Origin: Parcubacteria bacterium DG_74_3
Lineage (GTDB): Bacteria > Patescibacteriota > Minisyncoccia > Minisyncoccales > DG-74-3
DNA: 64,000 nt
Direction: 5' to 3'
Assembly (NCBI GenBank): GCA_001302985.1
Contig: LJNG01000002.1
Span: forward strand, 7,164 to 71,163
Made by a program: the position numbers and the translations under genes. The notes under the pieces are model-generated. The model was not told where the DNA came from and ran no database searches. It saw only the letters and a program-made list of their open reading frames with translations. Positions 52,273 through 62,283 of this stretch are shown in pieces (the first letter of the stretch is position 1; the number at the start of each line of letters is the position of its first letter).

Positions 52273-52641
52273 TTATCTATTAACCTGAACCGCTCTTCTG
52301 GTTTCTTTATAAATTCCGACTGACTTAATACAATAGTTAACATTGGAAGAACAGCCCTCACTTCCCGGAGAAATCACCGATGCAATATAGGAAGCGCCGT
52401 CCAAAGAACCAGGAAAAGTTTGAGGGGGGGTAGCGTCTTCATATAACGCTCTTTCTATGCCAGTATCAGCAGCGTAAAAAGCAATGACCGAATCTCCCAT
52501 CCCTTTTATCATTTTCATTTGACTCAATAAAATTGTACTCATGCCAAAAGCAATAACCAGCAAAACAGACATTATCATGAAGGCGATATAAAGAGAAACT
52601 CCCTGGGTCTCTTTTTGAGAATTTAAATTTTTATTTTTCAT
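52273..52641 (-). CDS. PilX-like minor pilin
   Basis: QG-VSLYIAFMIM (no Glu at +5), AFYAADTGIERALY. Confidence 0.75.
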   Translation of the reverse strand: MKNKNLNSQKETQGVSLYIAFMIMSVLLVIAFGMSTILLSQMKMIKGMGDSVIAFYAADTGIERALYEDATPPQTFPGSLDGASYIASVISPGSEGCSSNVNYCIKSVGIYKETRRAVQVNR

Positions 52642-53222
52642 TGTTCAATATCTAAATTTCTCTGAGAAATTGTTGTTTGAAGCTTAATTTCGGGTTGTTG
52701 TTCTGGTTTCTCCCCAAGACTTTTCATTTTTAAAAAGAGGGTTACTTTGGGTTGAAGGTTATCGGTTTGAGATTGACCTAAAAGATAAAACATTACCGAT
52801 TCTACTTTCAGGCCTGTCCCAGTTAAAGATATGGGTTCACCGAGTGAAAGAGCGCTTTCATCGGTTGACCTCCTCTCTTTTAAAACATCTCCATCTTTTA
52901 AGAACTCGTGACATCTAACTGAGTAGTCAAGAAATCTAATTCTTGAAGAATCTCCACTGGGGTTTTCATAGTTTGTTTTCTGGGAAATACAATCTCCTGA
53001 GAGATCTTTTTTTGCCATTCTTAAAGCTCTGCTTATATATTCGGTCAGATAGCTTGTTTGGTCTAAAAGCTCTTGGTAAGCCATTGATTTTCTTTGTCCT
53101 CTAATGGCAGAAACAAAGACTCCAGAAGCTGCTCCAATAACCAAAGAGAAAATAGCTAAACCTGTCAGCAATTCAGGAAGGGTAAAACCCTTATTTTTTA
53201 TTCTATTAATCTCTCTTTTCAT
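52638..53222 (-). CDS. PilW-like minor pilin
   Basis: KG-FTLPELL prepilin motif; C-terminal LQTTISQRN. Confidence 0.75.
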   Translation of the reverse strand: MKREINRIKNKGFTLPELLTGLAIFSLVIGAASGVFVSAIRGQRKSMAYQELLDQTSYLTEYISRALRMAKKDLSGDCISQKTNYENPSGDSSRIRFLDYSVRCHEFLKDGDVLKERRSTDESALSLGEPISLTGTGLKVESVMFYLLGQSQTDNLQPKVTLFLKMKSLGEKPEQQPEIKLQTTISQRNLDIEQ

Positions 53223-53251
53223 TTTTTTATAATTTATATTGTGTGAGTGAG

Positions 53252-53791
53252 TTAGTGCCAATTATAAAGTTCTCCCGTGGTAGTAACTTTATGGGTCCTT
53301 CCTCTTTCTTCCCAACTAACCTCAACAGAAATATTTAATATCTCAATGCGAGATCCTCGGGCAATGGTAATTTTCCTTTTATATTTTGTATTAATACCAG
53401 AAGAATAATTATAAAATCCTCCATTAATTTTAAGGAAATCGCCATCGTATGTATCGCAATTATGGCCAAAATCACTACAATTTTCAAAATAGAAGGTGTT
53501 AGAAAAAGTCACTGTTGTGTAATCTGCTTCCCAGTCTCCGAGAGGTAGTCCATCCTCCCAGGTGGTGGTAGCGCTTCTGGCCTGAAGCCAATTAGTATCT
53601 CTTATATTTCTAACAATTTCCAGGCCTTCTTGGGTAAGATAGGTTGCCACCAATCGAGAAGAAGAAATAGTAGTAAGGGAAATAACTTGTTGAACCAAAG
53701 AAAAAACTCCCAATATGCCGGTAGTGATAACAAAAATAGCGGCTAAAACCTCCATCATTGTAAAGCCTGTATGGCTGTTGTTTTTTCTCAT
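53252..53791 (-). CDS. PilV-like minor pilin
   Basis: TG-FTMMEVL, A.YL.QEGLEIVRNIRD. Confidence 0.75.
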   Translation of the reverse strand: MRKNNSHTGFTMMEVLAAIFVITTGILGVFSLVQQVISLTTISSSRLVATYLTQEGLEIVRNIRDTNWLQARSATTTWEDGLPLGDWEADYTTVTFSNTFYFENCSDFGHNCDTYDGDFLKINGGFYNYSSGINTKYKRKITIARGSRIEILNISVEVSWEERGRTHKVTTTGELYNWH

Positions 53792-53795
53792 ATTT

Positions 53796-54308
53796 TTATT
53801 CCAGGGAAATTAAGCCAGATTTATTGACCGAAATGGTTTTGGTGATTTGGATATCTTCTTCTAAACAAAGGGTGATAGTAATCTGGTTTCCTCCTTCAAG
53901 GTCTGTTTGGGGATCGGGAGGATAAAAAAAGACATCAAGAGCGCTAACTTGAACAGCATCTCTCTTTATCTCTTTAATTAGAACCCCTGGTTCCAAAAGA
54001 ACTTCTTCGAGAGAAGAATCCTGAAAAACTCCATCGATGTCGCATCTCGCATTTAAATGGTAAGATTCGTTACCCTGTTGAAATCTTATTCCATATCCTT
54101 TAAGTTTTCCTGCTGGACAGTTGAATTGACGCATGGACATGGTCTTTTCTTGACTTCTTCTCAAGTCCTGGGCTAATTTGTGAGAGGAGGAAACAAGGGA
54201 AAATTGTCTCTCTCCGGCCCGGTAATTAGCTAAAACCAAAATGGACATTAAAGAGATTATAGTAGTAATTACCAGGAGTTCGGTTAATGTAAAACCATCT
54301 TTTTTCAC
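53796..54308 (-). CDS. FimT/FimU-like minor pilin
   Basis: DG-FTLTELLVI, LAQDLRRSQ, C-terminal VNKSGLI. Confidence 0.7.
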   Translation of the reverse strand: MKKDGFTLTELLVITTIISLMSILVLANYRAGERQFSLVSSSHKLAQDLRRSQEKTMSMRQFNCPAGKLKGYGIRFQQGNESYHLNARCDIDGVFQDSSLEEVLLEPGVLIKEIKRDAVQVSALDVFFYPPDPQTDLEGGNQITITLCLEEDIQITKTISVNKSGLISLE

Positions 54309-54312
54309 AATT

Positions 54313-55116
54313 TTAATAAAATAGAAATAGACTTAAATACCAACTAATTAGGCTTTCTCCCCAGAGGGTGGCAATAAAAGTGCCCGCAACCAGAAAAGGA
54401 GCAAAGGGCACTTCTGATTCAAGGGTCTTTTTTTTGGTTGCCACCAACCCTAATCCTATTATAGCTCCTATTAAAAAACCTCCAAATAAAGCAACTAAAA
54501 TTTCGGGAAATCCCAAAAAAAGACCCATTAAAAAAGCTAATTTAATATCGCCAAGACCCATCCATTTCCCTTTCGAAACAAGAACAATAGCCCAGAAAAA
54601 TAGCGCTGCCCCCAGGGCAGAGGATATAGAATTTAGGAGATAGGATTTAGGATGGGAGTTAAAGAAGATACTATTTAATCCCAACCACACAATTGCCATC
54701 ACGATGGCAGGGTAAATTACTTTATCGGGAATAATGTAATGTTTAAGATCATAAATAAAAATAATTATCAGGAAACAAGAAATCAGCAAACGGTAAACAG
54801 TAAACAATAAACTTTGAAAATTTAAAATGGGATATTGATTATTAATTACCAGTACGAACAAAATTCCAGTAGCTAATTCAACCAGGGGGTATTGCCAACT
54901 GATTTTTTTATCACAATAGCTGCATTTACCTTTTAAAATTAGAAAGCTAAAAACGGGAATTAAATCTTGCCAACTTAAAATGTGTTTGCAGTGAGGACAA
55001 AAAGAACGCCCTCTCAAAAAACTTGATTTGATCTCTAAACGATAGATAATACAATTTAAAAAAGAACCGGCAGCCAAGCCAAAGAAAAAAAATATTAAAT
55101 AAAAAGCGCTTAACAT
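54313..55116 (-). CDS. pilD: Prepilin peptidase
   Basis: GSFLN, RSFCPHC, CSYC..ISWQYP, YDL, MGLGDIKL, PFAPFL. Confidence 0.92.
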   Translation of the reverse strand: MLSAFYLIFFFFGLAAGSFLNCIIYRLEIKSSFLRGRSFCPHCKHILSWQDLIPVFSFLILKGKCSYCDKKISWQYPLVELATGILFVLVINNQYPILNFQSLLFTVYRLLISCFLIIIFIYDLKHYIIPDKVIYPAIVMAIVWLGLNSIFFNSHPKSYLLNSISSALGAALFFWAIVLVSKGKWMGLGDIKLAFLMGLFLGFPEILVALFGGFLIGAIIGLGLVATKKKTLESEVPFAPFLVAGTFIATLWGESLISWYLSLFLFY

Positions 55117-55189
55117 TATTCTTATTTTACCTTCTTTGAGACCGAAACTCAATTTTGAATTGTTTTAGTTTAAGAAAAATTATATAAAC

Positions 55190-55217
55190 AAAAATTGGCG
55201 GGAAAAACCCGCCAATT
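55190..55217 (-). terminator. Intrinsic terminator after the major pilin
   Basis: AATTGGCGGG-AAAAA-CCCGCCAATT followed by a T-run on the minus strand. Confidence 0.7.
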
Positions 55218-55300
55218 AATGATTGGTCAATTCTAAAATACTAAACATTCTCCTTGCTCAACATTGAGCAAGCTTGAGAAGCTTTTCGAGTCTACTCTTT

Positions 55301-55777
55301 TTAGAAGCAAACGCAATCTGCAGCACCGTAGGCGGGTAACGCAGTTACTTCTCTGGTCCCTGCTTCTGAAGCAGCAAAGTAGTCTCCATTTTCAAGGTCA
55401 GCATAGACACAGAAAAAAGTACCATCAGTACAACCCGTGCCATGTCCGGCACCATTATTTAACCACTTATAAGGGTTATCGGAACCCTGCGGGTCATTAG
55501 TAGCTGGGAAATATACTACAGGAGGAGTAGCTTTGTTTGTAATCGCTGGTATCCCATCTTGAGCAGCAGCTGTAAAATATACCTCGTCATCGCTCATTAC
55601 CATTTCCTGAGCAGTAATTGCCTGTCTTAAATCAGCCTGACGCCGAGCATCTCGAGCTCTCGATCTGGCGCCCCCCAAAGAAACCAAAACAATTGAAGCC
55701 AACATTCCAATAATGGCAATTACCACCAGCAACTCAATCAAGGTAAAACCTCTTTTCCCCTTAATTAAAAATTCCAT
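55301..55777 (-). CDS. Type IV pilin (probable major pilin)
   Basis: [16 protein letters not shown]; own leader and terminator; C-terminal Cys residues. Confidence 0.85.
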   Translation of the reverse strand: MEFLIKGKRGFTLIELLVVIAIIGMLASIVLVSLGGARSRARDARRQADLRQAITAQEMVMSDDEVYFTAAAQDGIPAITNKATPPVVYFPATNDPQGSDNPYKWLNNGAGHGTGCTDGTFFCVYADLENGDYFAASEAGTREVTALPAYGAADCVCF

Positions 55778-55909
55778 AAGTATAAATTGTCCTTTATTGA
55801 TTTACTAAAATCGACCTTTTATTATTGTAAATTTGCTTATTCAGAACTCAGGTTAATTATATACCTCTAAATTATTCTTTTCAATCTCTTTTTCCACATC
55901 TTAAACTTT

Positions 55910-56437
55910 CTACCAACAACACTTACCTCCGCTTCCTGGCTCTATATCTAATTTTATAGCACCTTTTTCTGAACCTGCAAACCACCAATTTTTTCCTCCG
56001 GTTTTAGACTCAAGAATGGCATAAATGCAGTAGTGTCCTTCGTTACAATAAGTAGTAAAATAAGCACCTGGACTATTGTCTCTCCAATGATACTTTCCTT
56101 CCTTGGGGTCTCTGGGAACCGGATCTAAATATCTTCCATCTCCTGGAATCTCACAATTCGGCGGATTTTGACAGGGAATCCTGTGGGGTGTTTCTGCGCC
56201 CTGAAAATATCTTTCTATGTCTGAAAACTCCATTTCCATGGCTAAAACAATTTGACGGATATCAGCTTCCCTTCTGGCATCCCGAGCCTTTGCTCTTGCT
56301 TCTCCTAAAGAAACCAAAACCATTGTTGAGAGGGTCCCGATAATGGTAATTACAACCAAAAGCTCAATTAAAGTAAAGGCTGTTTTCTTTCTGCTTTTCT
56401 GCCAATCGTTCTGAAAAAGATTTTTAAAATTTCTCAT
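55910..56437 (-). CDS. Type IV pilin paralog
   Basis: [31 protein letters not shown]. Confidence 0.8.
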   Translation of the reverse strand: MRNFKNLFQNDWQKSRKKTAFTLIELLVVITIIGTLSTMVLVSLGEARAKARDARREADIRQIVLAMEMEFSDIERYFQGAETPHRIPCQNPPNCEIPGDGRYLDPVPRDPKEGKYHWRDNSPGAYFTTYCNEGHYCIYAILESKTGGKNWWFAGSEKGAIKLDIEPGSGGKCCW

Positions 56438-56499
56438 TAGAATACTAATTGTGCTGTTAATAAAAGGGGGCCAAAGAACAAATTCTCAATCAGGGGGTT

Positions 56500-57705
56500 T
56501 TAGAAAGTAGTAAGTCGGTAGAGGGGCATTAGGACCGAAATCATCAAACCCCCAACAATAAGACCCAAAAACATAATCAAGACAGGCTCCACAATGCTTA
56601 ATAAGCCGTCAATTGCCCTGTCGGTTTCTTGATTATAGAAGTCCACTACGCTAATTAGGGTTTTATCCAGGGTTCCGGTTTTTTCACCCACCAGGGTCAT
56701 TTGATAAAATAAAGGGGGGAAAACTTCTGGTGATTGACTAAGACGATAAGAAATCGGTTCCCCTCTTCTTACCCCGTCTCTGGCATCAAGAATAATTTCT
56801 TCATAAACAGCGTTTCCAACAATATCGGAAGCAATCTCAAGAGCCTGAGCAATTGGTAAGCCTCCTGAAATTAAAGTAGAAAGGTTCTCGGCAAACCGAG
56901 AAAGATAGAGCATTTTTAAAAAATTATTAATGACCGGTATCTTAAGGAAAGCGCCATCGAAAAACTTCTTTCCCCCTGGTGTTTGGTAGTATCTAACAAT
57001 AAAAATTATCAGCCCAACAGTAATTACAATTAAAAAGACCCCCCATTTCTTTAATGAATCAGCCAGACCCAATATCATTAAGGTTACAACGGGTAGTTCT
57101 GCTCCGGTTTCTTCCAGAACTTCCACAAAACGAGGAAAAACAAAGAAAATCATTAAAATAAGAACCATTAACACGAAAAAGAAAATCAAGGCAGGATAAA
57201 CCATTGCTCCTCTTAATTTATTTTTTAAATGGTAATCTCTTTCCAGGTGTTCTGCTAGATATCCGAGGGCTTCGGAAAGTTTACCCGAAGCTTCGCCTGC
57301 CCTGACCATTGCGATATAAAAAGAGGAGAAAATTTTAGGATAACGACTTAGGGCTACTGAAAAGGAGGTTCCTCCCTCTATTTCTTCGGATATTTCTATA
57401 ATTTTTTCTTTAAACACATAGGTTTGAGTCTGGGCAGCGAGTATTCTTAGAGTTTCTACAAGAGGAATTTTAGATTTAAACATTATTGAGAGTTGCCGAG
57501 AAAATAAAACCACATCTTTTCGCGATATTTTTCCACCAAATGTTATTCGTCTGGCATAAACCGGAGCATAAGCTTCTTCTTCCAAAAGAGTAACAAACAA
57601 TCCTTGATTTTGTAAAAGAGCAATGGCTACTTCTCTGGTGGAAGCCTCAACCACTCCAGTTTGAATTTGTCCTTCTTGAGTTCTTGCTTGATAATTAAAT
57701 TTCAT
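56500..57705 (-). CDS. pilC: Type IV pilus platform protein PilC/GspF
   Basis: FSRQLS.M, AGEASGKL, AMVYP, GEKTGTL, EPVLI. Confidence 0.92.
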   Translation of the reverse strand: MKFNYQARTQEGQIQTGVVEASTREVAIALLQNQGLFVTLLEEEAYAPVYARRITFGGKISRKDVVLFSRQLSIMFKSKIPLVETLRILAAQTQTYVFKEKIIEISEEIEGGTSFSVALSRYPKIFSSFYIAMVRAGEASGKLSEALGYLAEHLERDYHLKNKLRGAMVYPALIFFFVLMVLILMIFFVFPRFVEVLEETGAELPVVTLMILGLADSLKKWGVFLIVITVGLIIFIVRYYQTPGGKKFFDGAFLKIPVINNFLKMLYLSRFAENLSTLISGGLPIAQALEIASDIVGNAVYEEIILDARDGVRRGEPISYRLSQSPEVFPPLFYQMTLVGEKTGTLDKTLISVVDFYNQETDRAIDGLLSIVEPVLIMFLGLIVGGLMISVLMPLYRLTTF

Positions 57706-57719
57706 AAATCTAACATTTA

Positions 57720-58787
57720 CTAACGAATAAGCATCTTTAGTTCGGCCGGGGAAAGTGAGTAATTCAGAGCGTTCTCTAAAGAAATCTCTTTTCTTTTGAC
57801 CAGCTCTGCCAAAGACCTATTTAAAGATATCATTCCTATTTCGGCTGAAGTTTCAATAACTAAGGGTATTTCGTGAATTTTGTTTTCTCTAATTAAGTTA
57901 GCCACCGCCGGAGTGGCAATCATGACCTCGGTAGCCGGGATTAATCCACCTTTAATTCGAGGAATTAATCTTTGGGAAATCACTCCCAAGAGAGAACCAG
58001 ATACCTGAGCTCTAATCTGTTGTTGTTGTTCTGGGGGAAAACTATCAACAACTCGATGAATGGTTTGGGCGGCTGAATTAGTATGTAAAGTGGCGAAAAC
58101 CAGATGGCCAGTTTCAGCTGCCGAAATGGCAGTAGCCATGGTTTCGGGATCTCTCATTTCTCCCACCATAATAACATCCGGGTCTTGACGAAAAGTAGAA
58201 CGGAGGGCTCGGGCGAAAGAAAGGGTATCTTGGTAAACCTCTCTTTGGTCAATAATAGCTCTATCGTCCTTAAAAACATATTCAATCGGGTCTTCGATTG
58301 TTATTATGTGAACTGCTCGGGTACGATTTATCTCATCAATTAAAGCAGCTAAAGTAGTAGATTTTCCATGAGAGGAGGGACCGGTAACCAAAATAAATCC
58401 CTGAGAGGCTTTGGCGAATTCATGTAAAACCGGGGGGAGGTTTAGCTCTTCAATGTTTGGAATTTCAGCTGGGATTCGGCGAAGGGCACAAGAGATATCT
58501 CCTCTCTGAAAAAATATATTTACCCTAAATCGAGCTCTACCTTTAAGATTATAGGAAAAATCAATTTCTTTTTGTTCCAGAAATCTCTGAAACTGGTCTT
58601 TGGTCATAAGGGCTTCCGCCAAAGCCAGGGTTTCTTCCGGAGACATTTTTGCTCTTTTCAGAAGAGGAACCAAACGCCCGGCTATTCTGAGGATGGGAGA
58701 GTGTCCCGTAGAAAGATGAAGGTCAGAGGCCTGTTCTTTAACGGTTAACTCCAGAAGTTCTTCTAATTGATTACTATAGTTTGTCAT
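57720..58787 (-). CDS. pilT: Type IV pilus retraction ATPase
   Basis: ASDLHL, RFRVN, TIEDPIE, RQDPDVIMVGEMRD, TLHTN, AVANLIRE. Confidence 0.92.
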   Translation of the reverse strand: MTNYSNQLEELLELTVKEQASDLHLSTGHSPILRIAGRLVPLLKRAKMSPEETLALAEALMTKDQFQRFLEQKEIDFSYNLKGRARFRVNIFFQRGDISCALRRIPAEIPNIEELNLPPVLHEFAKASQGFILVTGPSSHGKSTTLAALIDEINRTRAVHIITIEDPIEYVFKDDRAIIDQREVYQDTLSFARALRSTFRQDPDVIMVGEMRDPETMATAISAAETGHLVFATLHTNSAAQTIHRVVDSFPPEQQQQIRAQVSGSLLGVISQRLIPRIKGGLIPATEVMIATPAVANLIRENKIHEIPLVIETSAEIGMISLNRSLAELVKRKEISLENALNYSLSPAELKMLIR

Positions 58788-58793
58788 AAAGGT

Positions 58794-59159
58794 CTATTTT
58801 AAGATTTCTTTTATCTCCTTAACCACTTCCGAGGGAGTAAAATGGGCTTTAATTAAATATTTTGTTGCTCCGAGACGAAGCCCTTCTTCAACTTCAGCTC
58901 TTTGGCCCAAATTAGAAAGAATAACTACCGGAATGTTTTGAAGGGCTGGAGATAGTTTAATTTTTCCAAGAAGCTCAAGACCCGACCCCTCCGGTAAAAC
59001 AATATCTAGGATTAAAAGGTCTGGCTTGAGATTCTGTATTTTCTGAAATCCTTCTTTACCGCTTGAAGCTACTTCAACTAAAAAACCAGCTTCTTTGAGT
59101 TTGGTCATATAGATATCAACCATAAGAGGGTCATCTTCCACAAGTAAAATTAATTTCAT
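58794..59159 (-). CDS. Single-domain response regulator (receiver only)
   Basis: LLVEDD, PDLLILDIVLP, VILSN, YLIK. Confidence 0.9.
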   Translation of the reverse strand: MKLILLVEDDPLMVDIYMTKLKEAGFLVEVASSGKEGFQKIQNLKPDLLILDIVLPEGSGLELLGKIKLSPALQNIPVVILSNLGQRAEVEEGLRLGATKYLIKAHFTPSEVVKEIKEILK

Positions 59160-59177
59160 TGCTTTGGTAACTAAAAT

Positions 59178-60905
59178 TTATTTTTCTTCAGCAACCCTCA
59201 ACACCTCTTCTATGGTAGTAACCCCACTTAATACCTTTAAAATTCCATCTTGTTTCATGGTAATCATACCTTGACGCTTTGCTTCTTGAAAAATTTTTGT
59301 CTCCGAGGGTTCTTTTAAAATTATTTCAGAGAGCTGTTCGGTCATAGACAAAACCTCAAATAAGCCAATACGGCCAGTAAAACCAGAGTTACCACACTCT
59401 TTACAACCCTGGGCTTCCCAGATTTTTAATGTTTTGGGAATTTTAAAATCTCTTTGAATATCTGGGGGAAGCTCTGCTATTTCTTTTAGAATTAAATCTT
59501 TAATCTTCTCCGGAGGTTTTTTTTCTTTTTTACAAGAATCACAGAGTCTTCTAACCAATCTTTGAGCAATGGCAACGCTTAAGGACGAAGGAATCAAATA
59601 GGGCTGAACTCCCAAATCAATCAATCTAGGAATTACCCCCAAGGAATTGGAGGTGTGGATGGTAGACAAAACAACGTGACCAGTTAGGGCAGCATGGGTA
59701 GCTAAAGCAGCGGTATCTGAATCTCGAATCTCACCGACCATGATAATATCAGGGTCCTGTCTTAAAATATGGCGAAGACCGATAGAAAAGTTATAACCGA
59801 TTTCTGGTTTTACCTGAGACTGATTGATACCTTCAATAAAATACTCTACCGGATCCTCAAGGGTAACAATATTGACTCCTTCATTGTTTAAAAGTCGTAA
59901 AATTGCATAAAGAGTAGTTGTTTTTCCACAACCAGTAGGGCCGGTAGCCAAAAGCATACCGTAGGGCTTCTGAATTGCTTCTTGCATTATCTTAAAATTT
60001 CTTCCCTCAAGCCCTAATTCTTCGAAATTCTTAAGACCAACAGCGGGATCAAGAACCCTAATTGCCACTTTTTCTCCTAAGGTAGTGGGAAGGGTAGAAA
60101 CTCGAAAATCAACGTCTTTACCGTTAATTTTTGTTGAAAATCTGCCGTCTTGAGGAATTCGGGTTTCGTCAATTTTTAAATTAGAAAGAATTTTAACCCG
60201 GGCTACTACTGCCGGGTGAATTCTTAATGGTAAAAATATAGAAGAATGAAGAAAACCCAATAATCTAAACCTAATTTTTAACTTTTCTCGGGTGGGTTCA
60301 ATGTGAACGTCAGAAGCATCTCCTTCTACGGCGTGCCTTAAGATAACTGCCACAATTTTAGTAATCGGGGCTTCTTCAGCCAATCTCTCAAATTCGGCAA
60401 CGGTTCTAGGTCGAACTTCAACTCTTGCTGCTTCCAGTTCGGTCTCTAATTCCTCAAGAGCTCTTCCCACCTCTCTTTTTAAGGTTCGGTATTGTTTTAA
60501 AAATTTATTGAGGGTGTTGGGTGTAATCAGAAAAACTTTATAGGTAAACCCTCCTTGCCTTGCTAAAAAATTAAGAGCTTCCTGGGCTTTCAAGTCTTCT
60601 GGATAAACCATTCCTATCTCTAAGACCTTGTCTTTTTTTGTTAGGGGTATCATATTGTAATGTCTGGCTGTTTCTTCGGGAATGAGCTCTAATGTTTCCA
60701 GGGGGGCTTCGCTTGCCTCTATCTCTTTTAGAGGTATCTTTAAATTCTCTGCCTTTAGATTAAATAACAGGGATTCGCTAACTAAGCGTTTTTCTAAAAG
60801 TAATTCTTCTTCTTTTTTACCAGTTGCTTTAACTTCAAATTCTAAGGAGGTAGCTATTTCCTTTTTTAATAATCCTTTTTTAACTAGTTCTTTAATCAAG
60901 GACAT
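59178..60905 (-). CDS. pilB: Type IV pilus assembly ATPase PilB/GspE
   Basis: ASDVHIEP, PQDGR, GPTGCGKTTT, LRQDPD, CxxC..CxxC, TTIEEVLRV. Confidence 0.92.
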   Translation of the reverse strand: MSLIKELVKKGLLKKEIATSLEFEVKATGKKEEELLLEKRLVSESLLFNLKAENLKIPLKEIEASEAPLETLELIPEETARHYNMIPLTKKDKVLEIGMVYPEDLKAQEALNFLARQGGFTYKVFLITPNTLNKFLKQYRTLKREVGRALEELETELEAARVEVRPRTVAEFERLAEEAPITKIVAVILRHAVEGDASDVHIEPTREKLKIRFRLLGFLHSSIFLPLRIHPAVVARVKILSNLKIDETRIPQDGRFSTKINGKDVDFRVSTLPTTLGEKVAIRVLDPAVGLKNFEELGLEGRNFKIMQEAIQKPYGMLLATGPTGCGKTTTLYAILRLLNNEGVNIVTLEDPVEYFIEGINQSQVKPEIGYNFSIGLRHILRQDPDIIMVGEIRDSDTAALATHAALTGHVVLSTIHTSNSLGVIPRLIDLGVQPYLIPSSLSVAIAQRLVRRLCDSCKKEKKPPEKIKDLILKEIAELPPDIQRDFKIPKTLKIWEAQGCKECGNSGFTGRIGLFEVLSMTEQLSEIILKEPSETKIFQEAKRQGMITMKQDGILKVLSGVTTIEEVLRVAEEK

Positions 60906-60955
60906 GGCTTTAAATTAAATATAGAGAGTAAAAAAGCCCTAAGAAACATAATCTC

Positions 60956-61231
60956 TTAATAGGGTATAAAAGGATTTTTCCTACCTACCTCTCCTGTAAA
61001 AGCAGGTATCTCTTCAAATGGCTGAAGCTCTTTAAGAAAGGGGTGCTCTAGGACTGCAAAGTTTATTTCAACCTGCTTAATTGGTCTTTCTGGCAGTTCT
61101 GAAAGGGGTAGGGGTCTTTCCTTGGTAAAAAAACCTCGCCAAAGCAGAAAGCCCGTCAACAAAAGCACGGCAACTAAAAATGGAACTAAATATTTTTGTC
61201 TCTTTCTTTGTTCTAAAAAGGTAATTGCCAT
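60956..61231 (-). CDS. Small single-TM pilus-associated protein (PilP position)
   Basis: TM helix plus C-terminal GRKNPF; lies between pilO and pilB. Confidence 0.6.
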   Translation of the reverse strand: MAITFLEQRKRQKYLVPFLVAVLLLTGFLLWRGFFTKERPLPLSELPERPIKQVEINFAVLEHPFLKELQPFEEIPAFTGEVGRKNPFIPY

Positions 61232-61245
61232 ATAATAAATCTCTT

Positions 61246-61755
61246 TTAATAAGAATGGGTTTTTATCCTTAAGTTAAAGGTAAAAATACTGCCCTCTTCT
61301 GGAGTGGAAAAGGAAATAGATTCGGTTTCGATGATTCTTGCTGATTTCTCAAGGGTAAAAAGAAAAGACTTAAGAGAAGAATAAGAACCTGTCATCTCGA
61401 AAATCACTCTAGTCTCTTTAATATCTTTGGCAGAAACAGTACTAATTGGGGTCATTCCCGTTATCACTAAACCATTTTGAGAGGCAGCTGTCTGTAAATA
61501 ATTAAAAAGGATGGTTAAAGAAGGTTTTGGAGGTAAAGCGGTATCAATTATTGCTAGTTGGGGTTCATATTGTTTAAGTTTCTCAGAGGTCTCTTTAAGT
61601 CTGGCAAAATATTCTTCTTGAGATTCGAGCTCTACTTTCTTTTCCTCTACTTTACCTTGAACTAATTTAAAATCGCTATATTTGGGAGAAATGAAAGATA
61701 CTCCTAAAATTAGGGATAGAAAAAGACAAAAGGCGCTGATAAGTAAACGGTTCAT
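61246..61755 (-). CDS. pilO: Type IV pilus protein PilO
   Basis: TM helix, coiled coil, ALP, GSYSSLKSFL..LE...R. Confidence 0.8.
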   Translation of the reverse strand: MNRLLISAFCLFLSLILGVSFISPKYSDFKLVQGKVEEKKVELESQEEYFARLKETSEKLKQYEPQLAIIDTALPPKPSLTILFNYLQTAASQNGLVITGMTPISTVSAKDIKETRVIFEMTGSYSSLKSFLFTLEKSARIIETESISFSTPEEGSIFTFNLRIKTHSY

Positions 61756-62279
61756 TGAAATATTCTTGGATCTAAAGAAAGGTTAATGATAAACTCCACA
61801 CCCCCCTCTTTCCCTATCGAAAGTTGGGATAGGTTGACTTCTTTAATCGAGCTATTGTTTTCAAAAATTAAAAGTTGTTGACCGAGAGCAGAAAAACTAT
61901 CGGCCTGACCAGAAATTACCAGTTGATAGCTTGGGAGCTCTAAACCAAACTGAGAAAGCCAAACTCTGGGATGGCAAAGGTTTTCAATAAAAAGAAATCC
62001 TTTTGAGGGAAAAAGGTGTTGCTTAATTAGTTGAGAAAAATCGTCTATTTTTTTCTGACAGGCAAACACCCTATTTTCCAATGCTATTTCTTGACCAGTT
62101 CTTTCGCGCGTTAAAGTATCTTGGAGTTCTAACAGGGTAGCTTCCCCTTGGGTTATAAAACGACCTAAGGCAAAATAACTGACAATAGAAGCAATTAGTA
62201 ATAGGAAAGAAAAATAAAAAAGAAAGTTTTGCCAAAAAGGTATTTTGACTGGGGGTTTGGGTATTATTTCTATGGCCAT
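61752..62279 (-). CDS. pilN: Type IV pilus protein PilN-like
   Basis: Start MAIEIIPK, TM helix, coiled coil, ISGQA; pilM-N-O synteny. Confidence 0.7.
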   Translation of the reverse strand: MAIEIIPKPPVKIPFWQNFLFYFSFLLLIASIVSYFALGRFITQGEATLLELQDTLTRERTGQEIALENRVFACQKKIDDFSQLIKQHLFPSKGFLFIENLCHPRVWLSQFGLELPSYQLVISGQADSFSALGQQLLIFENNSSIKEVNLSQLSIGKEGGVEFIINLSLDPRIFQ

Positions 62280-62283
62280 AAAC

